Assembly (NCBI GenBank): GCA_025355565.1 | Contig: JANXZK010000010.1 | Location: forward strand, 6,543-70,542 | Length of the DNA stretch: 64,000 bases | Direction: 5' to 3' | DNA from: a bacterium | Lineage (GTDB): Bacteria > Patescibacteriota > Minisyncoccia > Phycocordibacterales > PALSA-1337 | Shown here: piece after piece, positions 55,864 through 64,000 of the stretch | How the letters are laid out: each line of letters opens with the position of its first letter | How positions within the stretch are numbered: position 1 is the stretch's first letter | Position numbers and translations under genes: made by a program | The notes under the pieces: generated by a model | The model's database searches: none | Seen by the model: only the letters and a program-made list of their open reading frames with translations | What the model was told of the DNA's origin: nothing

Positions 55864-57795
55864 CTATTTCTTCTCTTTGAACTCTGCATCCTTCACATTA
55901 CCATCATTGCCAGTTGCTGGACCATTACCATCTGGACCGCCTGCGCTGGGACCACCAGATTGACCAGCCCCAGCCCCTCCGCCATCGCCAGGAGGAGTCT
56001 GATTCATATATTGTCCTATCTTCTGGATCTCGGTACTCAAAGCCTCGGTGGTCTTTTTTATCGCCACAACATCAGCTTTATCCTTTACCAATTTCAGATC
56101 AGCAATCTTGTCTTCGATACCTTTTCTAAGATCTGCGGGGACTTTCTCGCCGGCATCCTTCAGGGCTTTTTCAGATGTATATATGAGTTGTTCAGAAATA
56201 TTTTTTGCTTCGACAGCTTCATGCTTGGCTTTATCTTCAGCCTCATGAGTGGCCGCTTCATTCTTCATCTTTTCCACTTCATCTTTTGAGAGTCCCGAAG
56301 AAGCTGTGATCTTGATCGAATTCGCTTTACCTGACGCTTTATCTTTGGCCGTTACATTCAATATACCATTAGCATCAATATCAAATGTGACCTCGACCTG
56401 AGGCACACCACGTGGCGATGGTGGTATTCCATCTAAGATAAATCTACCGAGTGACTTGTTATCAGCCGACATGGCTCTCTCACCTTGAGAGATATGGATT
56501 TCTACTGATGTCTGATTGTCAGCCGCAGTTGAAAATATCTGTGATCGCTGAGTAGGAACTGTCGTGTTCTTCTCTATCAATTTCGTCGCGACTCCACCGA
56601 GTGTTTCGATTCCTAGAGAGAGTGGGATTACGTCCAAGAGTAGTATGTCTCGAACTTCACCACCCAATATCCCGCCTTGAATAGCGGCGCCCACCGCAAC
56701 CACCTCGTCGGGATTCACTCCCATGTGAGGATCTTTTCCGAAAAACAGTTTGACTGCATTTTGCATAGCTGGCATACGCGTTTGACCACCAACTAGGACA
56801 ACTTCATTGATTTCGCCAACTTTGAATGGAGACGCTTCGATGGCGCGTTTTGTTATCATCATTGCTCGATCGATAAACTCTTTACACATCTCTTCTAACA
56901 TCGCCCGCGTTATCGTGACGAGCAAGTGTTTTGGTCCATCCGCGCCAGATGTCACGAACGGAATGTTGATCTCCGTCTGCATCGCTGTTGAGAGCTCGAT
57001 CTTTGCCTTCTCAGCCGCTTCGTCTAGGCGCTGCAAGGCCAGCGCGTCAGACTTCAAGTCTATGCCGTTCTCTTTCTTGAATGTATCTGCCAGCCAATTG
57101 ACGATCTTGGCATCGATATCGCGTCCGCCGAGGTGTGAGTCGCCATCTGTAGACTTTACTTCGATCGTGTCGCCTCCGACATCGAGTACGGATATGTCAA
57201 ATGTTCCGCCTCCAAAGTCAAATACGGCGATCTTCTCATCTTTCTTCTTGTTGAATCCGTACGCGAGCGCTGCCGCAGTCGGTTCGTTGATTATCCTCTT
57301 TACATCGAGTCCAGCGATCTTTCCAGCATCTCTGGTTGCCGCGCGCTGTGAATCATTGAAGTATGCCGGAACCGTGATCACCGCTTCTGTGATCTTTTCA
57401 CCGAGGCGCGTCTCCGCGTCATTCTTCAATTTCTGCAGGATCATGGCTGACACTTCTTCTGGTCGTAGCCATTTTCCGGACATATTCACCTCGATACCGC
57501 CCGTTGCGGACTTTCGCACATCGAATGAGACGTTCTTGATATCTTTTTGTACCTCTGGATCATCAAAGTTATGACCCATGAAGCGTTTGATCTGAAAGAT
57601 CGTATTTTTTGGATTCGTGACCGCCTGACGTTTGGCAAGCAATCCGACGAGTCTCTCGCCTGTTTTTGATTGGGCGACTATAGAAGGTGTCGTACGCGCA
57701 CCCTCTGCATTTTCTAGGACTCTCGGTGTTCCCGCTTCCATGACGGCTACTGCCGAGAAGGTGGTTCCGAGGTCTATTCCGATAATTTTAGACAT
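55864..57795 (-). CDS. dnaK: Chaperone DnaK (Hsp70)
   Basis: [14 protein letters not shown] and DLGGGTFD. Full nucleotide-binding and substrate-binding domains. Confidence 0.95.
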   Translation of the reverse strand: MSKIIGIDLGTTFSAVAVMEAGTPRVLENAEGARTTPSIVAQSKTGERLVGLLAKRQAVTNPKNTIFQIKRFMGHNFDDPEVQKDIKNVSFDVRKSATGGIEVNMSGKWLRPEEVSAMILQKLKNDAETRLGEKITEAVITVPAYFNDSQRAATRDAGKIAGLDVKRIINEPTAAALAYGFNKKKDEKIAVFDFGGGTFDISVLDVGGDTIEVKSTDGDSHLGGRDIDAKIVNWLADTFKKENGIDLKSDALALQRLDEAAEKAKIELSTAMQTEINIPFVTSGADGPKHLLVTITRAMLEEMCKEFIDRAMMITKRAIEASPFKVGEINEVVLVGGQTRMPAMQNAVKLFFGKDPHMGVNPDEVVAVGAAIQGGILGGEVRDILLLDVIPLSLGIETLGGVATKLIEKNTTVPTQRSQIFSTAADNQTSVEIHISQGERAMSADNKSLGRFILDGIPPSPRGVPQVEVTFDIDANGILNVTAKDKASGKANSIKITASSGLSKDEVEKMKNEAATHEAEDKAKHEAVEAKNISEQLIYTSEKALKDAGEKVPADLRKGIEDKIADLKLVKDKADVVAIKKTTEALSTEIQKIGQYMNQTPPGDGGGAGAGQSGGPSAGGPDGNGPATGNDGNVKDAEFKEKK

Positions 57796-57857
57796 GTTTG
57801 GTTAGTTAATTTTTGGTAATTGACAAGAAACAACATTCGTCCAGCTCATGCGCGCAC

Positions 57858-57887
57858 CTCGCGAACACAACGTTCGCGAGCTTTTTA
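57858..57887. promoter_or_regulatory. Perfect 9-bp inverted repeat (CTCGCGAAC-n5-GTTCGCGAG) plus T-run, 60 bp upstream of dnaK
   Basis: 57858-57866 and 57872-57880 are exact reverse complements, followed by TTTTT at 57882-57886. Not CIRCE or HAIR. Confidence 0.5.
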
Positions 57888-57925
57888 TTCTAGAATTTAA
57901 TGAGCAAATCCTTCGCACAAGCCTA

Positions 57926-58297
57926 CTATGTGCAAGATGGCGCTCTTGTAGGTTGACTAGTTATTAGAAAATCATTAGAAAAATATGGGGAAACGAATTC
58001 TGCGAATGTGTGTATGTACTCGGTTGCGGGATCCTTGTATTCGCATGTGATCGGCAGGCAAAATATATGCTCTACACCAAACGCACCAGCGGATGTATTT
58101 ATGGAAACTTTCCCAGAAATCTGAGCTTTAGAAACCGCCGCCAATGGTTCAACGGAAATGAGTCTACCTTTGAATTCCCCGTTTACGACCAATACCAGGA
58201 AAAGCAACCGAAATCGTCTTCCTGACATGTCAGTAAACACCCTGGATATGAATCGTGGGACATCAAGCTGATTTTGCACGGGTAACATACTATTCAT
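57926..58297 (-). CDS. Hypothetical protein (123 aa) between grpE and dnaK
   Basis: ORF only; no homology recognised. It occupies the position where a regulator such as hrcA often sits, but is far too short and dissimilar to be hrcA. Confidence 0.3.
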   Translation of the reverse strand: MNSMLPVQNQLDVPRFISRVFTDMSGRRFRLLFLVLVVNGEFKGRLISVEPLAAVSKAQISGKVSINTSAGAFGVEHIFCLPITCEYKDPATEYIHTFAEFVSPYFSNDFLITSQPTRAPSCT

Positions 58298-58353
58298 ACG
58301 ATAATATTATCGAAAATGTTGCGTTAATGCAAATATATATATATATTTTACAA

Positions 58354-58968
58354 TTAGGCTTTGAATTCCCCGACTTTTACTTTGGCAGCCTTCAAGAGCT
58401 TTCCGTTCAATAGGTATCCTTTTTGTATGATAGCGATGATGATCTGATCCTGTCCAGCATCAGTTACCGGCTCATAGGAGATAGCTTCGTGTTTCGCGTG
58501 ATCGAACTTTAGACCGACAGGATTTATCTCGACTAAGCCGTTATCAGCAAGAGCTTTCTTCAATTGTACAAATATCGACTCGACACCAATACGCCAATTC
58601 TTGTCTACCTTTTCCCATGATTCTTTATGGTTCAAAGCCATATCCCAATGTTCTAGAACTGGGATGATGTCGTATACGAGTTGCTCGTTGGCGAATTTGA
58701 TGAATTCCTTACGATTAGCTTCATCACGCTTCCTAGCATTGATAAAATCAGCTTTGGCTAACTGCCAACCAGTTAGATATTCCTGCTTCTCGGCTTCAGT
58801 TTTCTTTAGCTTTTCGCGCAGCTTTTTGATGATTTCGTCCGCATTTTCCTCGGCAACTACGGAATCGTCGATGGTATCGTCCTCGACTGCTATTCCTGCC
58901 CCCTTGATCGGCTCTATCTCGGAGATAAGTTCGACATCTGATTGATTTGTTTTTTTCTTTTTGAACAT
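58354..58968 (-). CDS. grpE: Nucleotide exchange factor GrpE
   Basis: Long N-terminal helix (EKQEYLTGWQLAKADFINARKR) and C-terminal beta domain (…GYLLNGKLLKAAKVKV). Confidence 0.85.
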   Translation of the reverse strand: MFKKKKTNQSDVELISEIEPIKGAGIAVEDDTIDDSVVAEENADEIIKKLREKLKKTEAEKQEYLTGWQLAKADFINARKRDEANRKEFIKFANEQLVYDIIPVLEHWDMALNHKESWEKVDKNWRIGVESIFVQLKKALADNGLVEINPVGLKFDHAKHEAISYEPVTDAGQDQIIIAIIQKGYLLNGKLLKAAKVKVGEFKA

Positions 58969-59013
58969 GGATATATAGTAACCTGTAAACAGTAAACAGT
59001 AAACAATAACTGT

Positions 59014-59283
59014 TTACTCCCGAATCCTTACCATTTTTTTTACCACAGTAAGAACGATAAACAAAATGCCGCCAACGATGAGACCGATAGATCCAGAGAC
59101 GTCTCGCCAGTTGGTCGAGCCATATAACGCGTCGTATATGAGACCAGCGATGATCATCTCGATATAGAATCCAAAATTCCAGATGCCGATGAGCGCAAAT
59201 AGCAAAGCAAAATACCACCACGCCTGAACGAGGCAGAGGAAGATGGCGATGTCGATGATTACGCGGAAGGTGAGTTTTAGCAT
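59014..59283 (-). CDS. Small membrane protein (89 aa, 3 TM)
   Basis: Hydrophobic throughout. It shares the same upstream promoter module as grpE (GGTTACTATATATCA-ATG). Confidence 0.5.
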   Translation of the reverse strand: MLKLTFRVIIDIAIFLCLVQAWWYFALLFALIGIWNFGFYIEMIIAGLIYDALYGSTNWRDVSGSIGLIVGGILFIVLTVVKKMVRIRE

Positions 59284-59297
59284 TGATATATAGTAAC

Positions 59298-59347
59298 CAG
59301 TAATCAGTAAACATGGGTCGCTTCTGTTTACAGTTTACTGATTACTG
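59298..59347. repeat. Perfect 15-bp inverted repeat (CAGTAATCAGTAAAC…GTTTACTGATTACTG) with a 20-nt loop
   Basis: 59298-59312 is the exact reverse complement of 59333-59347. A related 15-mer (GTTTACTGATTACAG) lies at 10608-10622. Confidence 0.6.
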
Positions 59348-60133
59348 ATCATGTTTACTTTTTTCAACGAGTACCCATCTCAATTGATATATATTGACTG
59401 GCGGTGCAAAAAGAATCGTTTCGAATGGTTCTGACGGATCAGACACCACAGCACTCACGATACCATACAAATTGCTCTTCAGGCTCGGGATTGATACGGG
59501 ATCGCCTTGAGAAACAGCTGTTGTACGTGGCAATTCCGCACTATATTGTCCCCCTCCTTGACCTACGGCCGTGGCAGGCACATTGGCGCCGCCTATCTGA
59601 ACACTGAATGTTTGTCCCGGTGAAGAGAACAGAAGGACTTTCGAAGAATGTGTCAGTACGTCAGTAATCCTGCCTATAGGGATCATGCCAGTAGCGTAGA
59701 CCATATTTCCAGCAATCAATCCTGTATCAGATCCGATATCCAACAACAACTCATCATACGGCGCGAACGGTGGCTTCGCGATCACCGCAGCAAGAATCCG
59801 ATCAGTCGTCGACGCTCTACCCATGAGTGCCTTCAATTGATCATTTTCTGAATTCAGTTCCGTGGCTGATCGTGATCTCACTTCTGATTCGTCCAACTTT
59901 CTCGATAGATCTTGATTTGCCGCGAGCAATGATTCGACTGAATCGAGCTGTCCGCTCGAAATGGAATATTCCACGCGCCAAAAAGGCCTGGCGACCGCCG
60001 TGAATAATCCGGGAAATACGCTAGGGAACGCAAAGCGAACAGCGATGATGACGATCATCATGATCGACACCGTGATCGTGACAGCTCGTACACTCCCACT
60101 CCTTCTCATGTTAGGAATTTGAATATATGTCAT
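59342..60133 (-). CDS. mreC: Rod shape-determining protein MreC
   Basis: N-terminal TM, a coiled coil (…DSVESLLAANQDLSRKLDESE…) and the beta-rich MreC domain. Confidence 0.8.
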   Translation of the reverse strand: MTYIQIPNMRRSGSVRAVTITVSIMMIVIIAVRFAFPSVFPGLFTAVARPFWRVEYSISSGQLDSVESLLAANQDLSRKLDESEVRSRSATELNSENDQLKALMGRASTTDRILAAVIAKPPFAPYDELLLDIGSDTGLIAGNMVYATGMIPIGRITDVLTHSSKVLLFSSPGQTFSVQIGGANVPATAVGQGGGQYSAELPRTTAVSQGDPVSIPSLKSNLYGIVSAVVSDPSEPFETILFAPPVNIYQLRWVLVEKSKHDQ

Positions 60134-61175
60134 CGTCAGTTTCTATAAGTACAGATCGATATCTCTCCAGATCTTCCAGGATGATGCCGGTTCCTCGAGC
60201 AATCGCGGTCAACGGTTCCTCCGATATCGTCACTGGCAGTTTCAGTGTCTGTGAAAGAAGGTCATCCAATCCGCGTATGAGAGCTCCGCCCCCAACCATA
60301 TGAACGCCGCGTATCATGATATCGGCCAAGATTTCGGGTGGTGTCGTCTCCAGGACTTCTCTAGCCGAGGCCACCAGCGTCTCTATCGACTGCGTCATGG
60401 CCTCGCGAATATCTCCGTCAGTGATGATCACCTCCCTCGGGAGCCCGGTGATAAGGTCGCGCCCACGTATGGTCGTCTCTATAAGATCGCCTGGAAGAAC
60501 CGTTCCCACCGCCAGTTTCACTTGTTCCGCAGTCGTTTCACCGATCAAGATCTTGAATTCATTTCGAATATAGGAAATGATATCATTGTTCAGTTTGTCT
60601 CCGGCGATCTTCAAGTTTTTCGAACGTACGATGCCTCCTAACGAGATCACCGCGATGTCTGTCGTGCCGCCACCAATATCGATGACCATGCTCCCGACTG
60701 GTTCGTGAACCGGCAGTCGTATACCGATCGCTCCTGCCATCGGCTGTTCGATGATAAATACTTCGCGCGCGCCCGCATTCTTCGTAGCATCACGCACGGC
60801 GCGGACTTCCACATTCGTCACGCCAGATGGCACACTGACGACCACTCGCGGACCCAAATATTTTTTTGGCATAAATTCACCTGCCAGCTTCATAAAATAT
60901 GAGAGCATCGCCTCGGTGACCTCAAAGTCGGAGATCACACCGTCAACGAGTGGTTTGATGGCAATGATATGAGCAGGTGTACGGCCGAGCATTTCCTTGG
61001 CAGCATTGCCAACGGCGACGACCTGGCCAGTCTTCTGGTTTACAGCAACGACAGAAGGCTCATTTACGACGATACCTTTGCCTCGCACATATACGAGAGT
61101 ATTCGCCGTACCGAGATCAATGCCGATGTCATTGGATGTTCGGGAAAATATCTTGCGTTTCAGTTCATTGAACAT
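60111..61175 (-). CDS. mreB: Rod shape-determining protein MreB
   Basis: DIGIDLGTANTLVYV…; actin-fold motifs throughout. Overlaps the mreC start by 23 nt. Confidence 0.95.
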   Translation of the reverse strand: MFNELKRKIFSRTSNDIGIDLGTANTLVYVRGKGIVVNEPSVVAVNQKTGQVVAVGNAAKEMLGRTPAHIIAIKPLVDGVISDFEVTEAMLSYFMKLAGEFMPKKYLGPRVVVSVPSGVTNVEVRAVRDATKNAGAREVFIIEQPMAGAIGIRLPVHEPVGSMVIDIGGGTTDIAVISLGGIVRSKNLKIAGDKLNNDIISYIRNEFKILIGETTAEQVKLAVGTVLPGDLIETTIRGRDLITGLPREVIITDGDIREAMTQSIETLVASAREVLETTPPEILADIMIRGVHMVGGGALIRGLDDLLSQTLKLPVTISEEPLTAIARGTGIILEDLERYRSVLIETDDDIYSNS

Positions 61176-61205
61176 GCCCCAACATTACCATACTATTGAT
61201 TTTCA

Positions 61206-62444
61206 TTACAAGAAACTTGCCATCTTCTTCATCTCTACCTTGCCAGTCTTTCTCTCCTTTATTTCGATAGAATCTGACGCCAGAGTTTTTTCACTTATGA
61301 CATACCTCCATGGAATACCGATAAGATCGCTATCGCCAAATTTCTCGCCAGCGCCACAGTCACGATCATCATAAAGGACTTCTATACCCTTTGTGGTCAA
61401 TGAGTCATACAAGTCATCGGCAGCCTTCTTTACCTTATCATCTGAACCGAGCAATGCCACTAGATGCACCTTGAATGGCGCTACAGACTCTGGCCAGATG
61501 AGTCCTTTGTCATCGGACCATACTTCCGCGATCGTGCCCATGACACGACTCGGACCGATGCCGTAACAACCCATAACGACTGGCTTCAATGCGCCCTTTT
61601 CATCACCATAATTCAGCCCGAGAGCATCAGAGAATTTCGTGCCGAGGCTAAATATATTTCCAACCTCTATGGCTTTGCGTTCCTGTAGATCTGCACGCTT
61701 TACACCGAGATCCTTCAACACCTCTTCCGTAAGTACTTCTTTGTTGATGGCTATCTTCCTTGCTTCATGTACGTATATGATATCTTCTCCGGCCTCGCAT
61801 AGCGTTTGAAATTCATGAGAATATTTCGAAAAGGTGCCACCGCTCGCAAATGTTACATATGTGAGAGAGCCGATCCCCAGTCGTTCGTAGATCTTCATGT
61901 ATGCCGATCTAGCTTTCTCATGGTATTCATTGTGCGACTTCAGATCGACATTAAATGAGTACAGATCCTTCATGAGGAACTCTCGGCCTCGCAGGATGCC
62001 TGATTTCGCGCGTGCCTCATTTCTAAATTTGTTCTGGAATTGGTAGACAGCTTTGGGGAGATCCTTATATGAACGAATATGATCCTTCATGATGGATGTC
62101 AAAGCTTCTTCATGTGTGAAACCCAGTCCGACTTCAGTGCCATTCTTAAGTTTTGTTTTGAACCAGATATCCAATTTTTCATCGTCCCAACGATCAGTTG
62201 CTTCCCATTTTGCTTTATCCTGGAGCGCAGACATATACATCTCTTCACCACCTATCGCATTCATCTCTTCACGGATGATATTCACGATCTTATTCAATGT
62301 CCGTAATCCTAGAGGCAAGAAATCGTACACCCCAGCCATCTCTTTGTGGATAAAACCAGCGCGAATCAATAGTTGCGCATTTTTGGAAACCTCATCTTTC
62401 GGTGCCTCGCGGCGAGTCTTGGTGAATAGTTGGGATTGTTTCAT
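61206..62444 (-). CDS. proS: Prolyl-tRNA synthetase, short form without the editing insertion
   Basis: N-terminus …LLIRAGFIHKEMAGVYDFLPLGLRTLNKIVNIIREEMN is ProRS-like. Class II motifs present. Only 412 aa. Confidence 0.85.
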   Translation of the reverse strand: MKQSQLFTKTRREAPKDEVSKNAQLLIRAGFIHKEMAGVYDFLPLGLRTLNKIVNIIREEMNAIGGEEMYMSALQDKAKWEATDRWDDEKLDIWFKTKLKNGTEVGLGFTHEEALTSIMKDHIRSYKDLPKAVYQFQNKFRNEARAKSGILRGREFLMKDLYSFNVDLKSHNEYHEKARSAYMKIYERLGIGSLTYVTFASGGTFSKYSHEFQTLCEAGEDIIYVHEARKIAINKEVLTEEVLKDLGVKRADLQERKAIEVGNIFSLGTKFSDALGLNYGDEKGALKPVVMGCYGIGPSRVMGTIAEVWSDDKGLIWPESVAPFKVHLVALLGSDDKVKKAADDLYDSLTTKGIEVLYDDRDCGAGEKFGDSDLIGIPWRYVISEKTLASDSIEIKERKTGKVEMKKMASFL

Positions 62445-62459
62445 GCAGATATGATAGTA

Positions 62460-63557
62460 CTATTTTATCAGCTTCACAATATCTTTATACGTTACCACGA
62501 CCATGAGCAACATCAGTAACGAAAAGCCAATGATATTGACAACATTGAAAAACTTTATATGAATCCTGCGTCGAGTGATGCCTTCTATGATGACAAATAG
62601 CGTCCTCCCACCATCGAGCGCAGGAAATGGTATCAGATTGATGACTCCGAGATTGACGGAGATGAGAGCTGTGATCATGAGTAGGTATGTAAAACCGAGC
62701 TCGGCCGCGTTCCCGACGATACCCGCGATACCGATCGGACCGGAGACATCAGAAAACTTGGCCGTACCGCTAAAAATATTGCCAATAAATGTCGCGAGAC
62801 CGACTATCGTGTCGCGAATCATGACGATGGTGTAGTGTCCACCTTCATAAATAGAGGTGAAAAATGGAAGCCTGAGATCAGCGACATCTTGCATAGCGAT
62901 ACCGACAGCGTACTTGCCTTCGATGATGCCGGACTTTGGCGATATTGTTAGGGATCTCACCTTATCGCCTCTCTTTAGATCGAAGGCGATAGGCTTGCCC
63001 TGACTCACATTGATGGAATTCTGAATATCACTGACCTTGTTCACGGCTTGACCACTAACATCATGAACGGCAGTGATAACATCGCCAGCTTTGAGGCCGG
63101 CAACATCAGATGGGGATCCTGGGTTCACATCGGTGATCATCACTCGATCATTTGTAAAATGATCGGCATATTTCAGAAAACCATCCGGAGTAGCAGTTAC
63201 ACCGACATTAAATACGATGATGTATAGCAGCCATGCGAAAAGGAAATTGAATGCTACACCTGCGACGAGCACGCTCGTTTGTCTCCATCTATTCTTATGT
63301 ACAAAACTGCGCTCTTTGTCGGGTCCGTTTATAGAATCGTCGTCCGGATTTTCACCATGGATCTTCACAAAACCACCAAATGGTATCAGATTGACGCCAT
63401 ACTCCGTCCCTCCACGTTTCCACGAAAATATTTTCGGCCCAAAGCCGATCTTGAATGCGTCAACTCGGATCCCATTCCATCTCGCCAACAAAAAATGCCC
63501 GAGTTCGTGAACAAAGATGAGAACGGCGAGGACGATGATAAAGATGATGGCTGTCAT
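62460..63557 (-). CDS. rseP: RseP-type site-2 protease (M50) with a PDZ domain
   Basis: HELGHFLLAR (HExxH), a PDZ region (…NPGSPSDVAGLKAGDVITAV…) and LDGG. Confidence 0.9.
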   Translation of the reverse strand: MTAIIFIIVLAVLIFVHELGHFLLARWNGIRVDAFKIGFGPKIFSWKRGGTEYGVNLIPFGGFVKIHGENPDDDSINGPDKERSFVHKNRWRQTSVLVAGVAFNFLFAWLLYIIVFNVGVTATPDGFLKYADHFTNDRVMITDVNPGSPSDVAGLKAGDVITAVHDVSGQAVNKVSDIQNSINVSQGKPIAFDLKRGDKVRSLTISPKSGIIEGKYAVGIAMQDVADLRLPFFTSIYEGGHYTIVMIRDTIVGLATFIGNIFSGTAKFSDVSGPIGIAGIVGNAAELGFTYLLMITALISVNLGVINLIPFPALDGGRTLFVIIEGITRRRIHIKFFNVVNIIGFSLLMLLMVVVTYKDIVKLIK

Positions 63558-63565
63558 TATACTGT

Positions 63566-64000
63566 TTACTGCCCTAACACTTCCTTCTCTTTCTTCTCAT
63601 ACATCGCGTCCAGTTTCCTTACCAACTCATCGACTAGTTTCTGGGTGTCGCCTTTGAGACGAAAGATGTCGTCTTTACCATAACCGCCGCCCTTTTCCTT
63701 GGCAGTTAGGTCCTTGATGATGAAATCGCGGTGCTGACGGACCTGTTTCTTTGCCTCTTCTACCTTATCCTTGGCTAGCTTGGCAAAACTGGCACGTCTG
63801 TCAGCCGTAAGTTCAGGGAAATTCACCCGGAGCCCTTGGTCATCAACTACGACGGAAAGACCGAGATTTGCAACAGTGATGGCTTTTTCTATCTCCTTTG
63901 TCTGACTCTTGTCCCACGGAGCTATTCGTAGAGTTCTCGCGCCTTCGATGACGATGCTCGCAACTTCCTTGAGTCCCATCGGAGCGCCATAGATCTCGAC
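63566..64000 (-). CDS. frr: Ribosome recycling factor (N-terminus beyond the window end)
   Basis: …LRIAPWDKSQTKEIEKAI…NLGL…DDQGLRVNFPELTADRR…; the ORF runs open to the window edge. Confidence 0.85.
   Translation of the reverse strand, partial: VEIYGAPMGLKEVASIVIEGARTLRIAPWDKSQTKEIEKAITVANLGLSVVVDDQGLRVNFPELTADRRASFAKLAKDKVEEAKKQVRQHRDFIIKDLTAKEKGGGYGKDDIFRLKGDTQKLVDELVRKLDAMYEKKEKEVLGQ

Noticed and set aside
55204-58353. CIRCE/HrcA or HAIR/HspR heat-shock control elements
   Set aside because: Searched the regions upstream of grpE, dnaK and dnaJ by eye. No TTAGCACTC-n9-GAGTGCTAA or CTTGAGT-n7-ACTCAAG was present. The different palindrome that is present is reported as a finding instead.
58796-59314. 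172-aa Arg/His-rich ORF on the minus strand
   Set aside because: It overlaps, in another frame, the far more plausible hydrophobic 89-aa membrane ORF (59014-59283) and the grpE promoter. Its composition is typical of an out-of-frame artefact.

Overview
64 kb window, about 43-45% GC, densely coding, with most genes on the minus strand. It is dominated by core housekeeping genes: gltX, leuS, trpS, proS, murG, ddl, uvrA/uvrB/uvrC, ychF, zwf, a split transketolase, rpe, rpiB, gap, a pyrD-like gene, rpsB-tsf, a SEDS gene, scpA/scpB, grpE-dnaK-dnaJ, mreB/mreC, rseP, frr, livG/livF and an M23 peptidase. Several of these are shortened: ProRS lacks the editing insertion, UvrC lacks the (HhH)2 tail, DnaJ lacks the zinc finger, EF-Ts is short, and transketolase is split. 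By inference only, this fits a streamlined, CPR/Patescibacteria-like bacterium. No rRNA, CRISPR, integrase, transposase or reverse transcriptase was recognised. The accessory or unusual content lies in two places. The first, at 0.7-2.6 kb, is an AT-rich mosaic insertion inside a Liv-type ABC operon: substrate-binding-protein pseudo-fragments, a NYN gene and a 5' duplication of livG, with no permease genes present. The second is a roughly 10-kb block at 18.7-28.5 kb. It holds a high-GC foreign-looking ORF, a 1438-aa cytoplasmic protein with no recognisable domains, a sensor kinase, five tRNAs (one non-canonical tRNA-Ala), a 54-bp tandem repeat, and a small Doc-toxin/HTH island bounded by tRNA-3'-end direct repeats. 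Two recurring sequence signals are also present. One is a conserved leaderless-promoter module plus GTTTAC-containing hairpins around grpE, mreC and gltX. The other is a perfect inverted repeat upstream of dnaK with no hrcA or CIRCE. All calls are from manual reading of the sequence and the ORF track; no database searches were run.
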